Assembly: GCA_049970055.1 (NCBI GenBank)
Contig: JBMFNR010000002.1
Coordinates: 116,406 to 180,405, forward strand
Direction of reading: 5' to 3'
Length of the DNA: 64,000 nt
DNA from: Fervidobacterium sp.
GTDB taxonomy: Bacteria > Thermotogota > Thermotogae > Thermotogales > Fervidobacteriaceae
Position 1 is the first letter of the stretch. Each line of letters starts with the position of its first letter. A model generated the notes under the pieces. That model was not told where the DNA came from, did not search any database, and saw only the letters and a list, made by a program, of their open reading frames with translations. Position numbers and translations under genes: made by a program. This document shows positions 62,971-64,000 of the stretch, in pieces.

Positions 62971-64000
62971 ATGCTCGAGGGTTTGAAAAAATTTTTCGAC
63001 AAGAACGAGGCACAGATAAGAAAGGCAAAAAAAATTGTAGAAAAAATAAACCAAATTGAACAAGACGTAAAGAATATGTCATTTGAACAGATGCGTGAAT
63101 ACATAGCCCAGTACAAGGGAAAAATTGAAAAATTAGAAGATTTAGACAACCACTTAGTGAAAATATTTGCTTTTGTTCGTGAAGTTGCAAGACGCACAGT
63201 GGGCATGAGGCATTTTGATGTCCAACTCATAGGTGGAATTGTTCTTCACAATGGAAAAATAGCAGAAATGAAAACGGGAGAGGGAAAAACTCTGGTTGCA
63301 ACAGCTCCAGTTGTTTTAAATTCTCTAATGAATAGAAATATACACATGGTCACTGTTAACGATTACCTTGCAAAGCGTGATGCAACATGGATGGGACCCA
63401 TTTATCTTGCACTTGGATTAACCGTTGGCGTTATAAATACGAGTGGTAAGGCCTACAAAGTAGTTTGGAAAAATCCGGAGCTCGCACAAATAGCTTTGGC
63501 AGAAAATTATTGTGTTTGGCCTGAAGACTTTGATGGAGAATTCTTACCGGATGAAGCAAAGGTAAAGAGAGCAGTCGAAGCTTTCCAAGTTGATATTGTT
63601 GAGGTTAGTAAAAAAGAAGCTTATCGATGCGATGTTACTTACGGTACAAATTCCGAATTTGGGTTTGATTATCTCAGAGACAATCTGGTTATATCTGTTG
63701 AAGATAAAGTCCAAACAGGACATTTTTATGCAATTGTTGATGAGGTTGATAGTATACTGATAGATGAAGCAAGAACACCACTTATCATAAGTGGTCCGTC
63801 ACACAACAACGCGTCGGTTTACAAGCATTTTTACCAAATTTCAAAGAGACTTGAGAAAGATAAACACTTCAAAGTCGACGAAGAACATAGAACGGTAGTT
63901 CTTACAGATGAGGGTATAGAATATTTAGAAAAAATCCTTGGTGTTGATAACCTTTATGATCCGGCAAATGTCAACAGTATTTATCATATTATCAATTCAC
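62971..64000 (+). CDS. secA: Preprotein translocase SecA, N-terminal part (runs off window)
   Basis: Manual translation: [74 protein letters not shown]. Confidence 0.97.
   Translation, partial: MLEGLKKFFDKNEAQIRKAKKIVEKINQIEQDVKNMSFEQMREYIAQYKGKIEKLEDLDNHLVKIFAFVREVARRTVGMRHFDVQLIGGIVLHNGKIAEMKTGEGKTLVATAPVVLNSLMNRNIHMVTVNDYLAKRDATWMGPIYLALGLTVGVINTSGKAYKVVWKNPELAQIALAENYCVWPEDFDGEFLPDEAKVKRAVEAFQVDIVEVSKKEAYRCDVTYGTNSEFGFDYLRDNLVISVEDKVQTGHFYAIVDEVDSILIDEARTPLIISGPSHNNASVYKHFYQISKRLEKDKHFKVDEEHRTVVLTDEGIEYLEKILGVDNLYDPANVNSIYHIINS

Noticed and set aside
62898..63230. Minus-strand ORFs near the window end
   Set aside because: Antisense to secA, which the track missed because it has no stop within the window.

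Overview
AT-rich bacterial chromosome segment. Gene content and protein style point to Thermotogota, probably Fervidobacteriaceae (inference, no database search). Housekeeping content: partial coaBC, sufCBDSU, mscL, a type IV pilus/T2SS cluster with a 1572-aa secretin, purA, rimO-pgsA-thpR-recA-recX-rny-murJ-birA-dacB, tdh-kbl, iadA, an oadB-like gene, a 2-oxoacid:ferredoxin oxidoreductase delta/alpha pair, and partial secA. The best signals are non-coding or below the ORF-track cutoff. (1) A 35-aa Met-rich leader peptide with mutually exclusive protector, antiterminator and terminator hairpins (29354-29605, minus). It heads a methanogen-type homocysteine/methionine operon and looks like a ribosome-mediated Met attenuator. 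(2) A second leader-peptide attenuator precedes a heterodimeric ABC exporter (51345-51620). (3) The probable replication origin (31902-32614) has about 11 AAACTTACCACC-like boxes and a (TAT)n tract. (4) Several loci are decayed: an ECF module, aspartate kinase, DUF39, a back-to-back hcp/Crp-Fnr deletion junction, and a ClC transporter. No rRNA, tRNA, CRISPR array or IS element was recognised.
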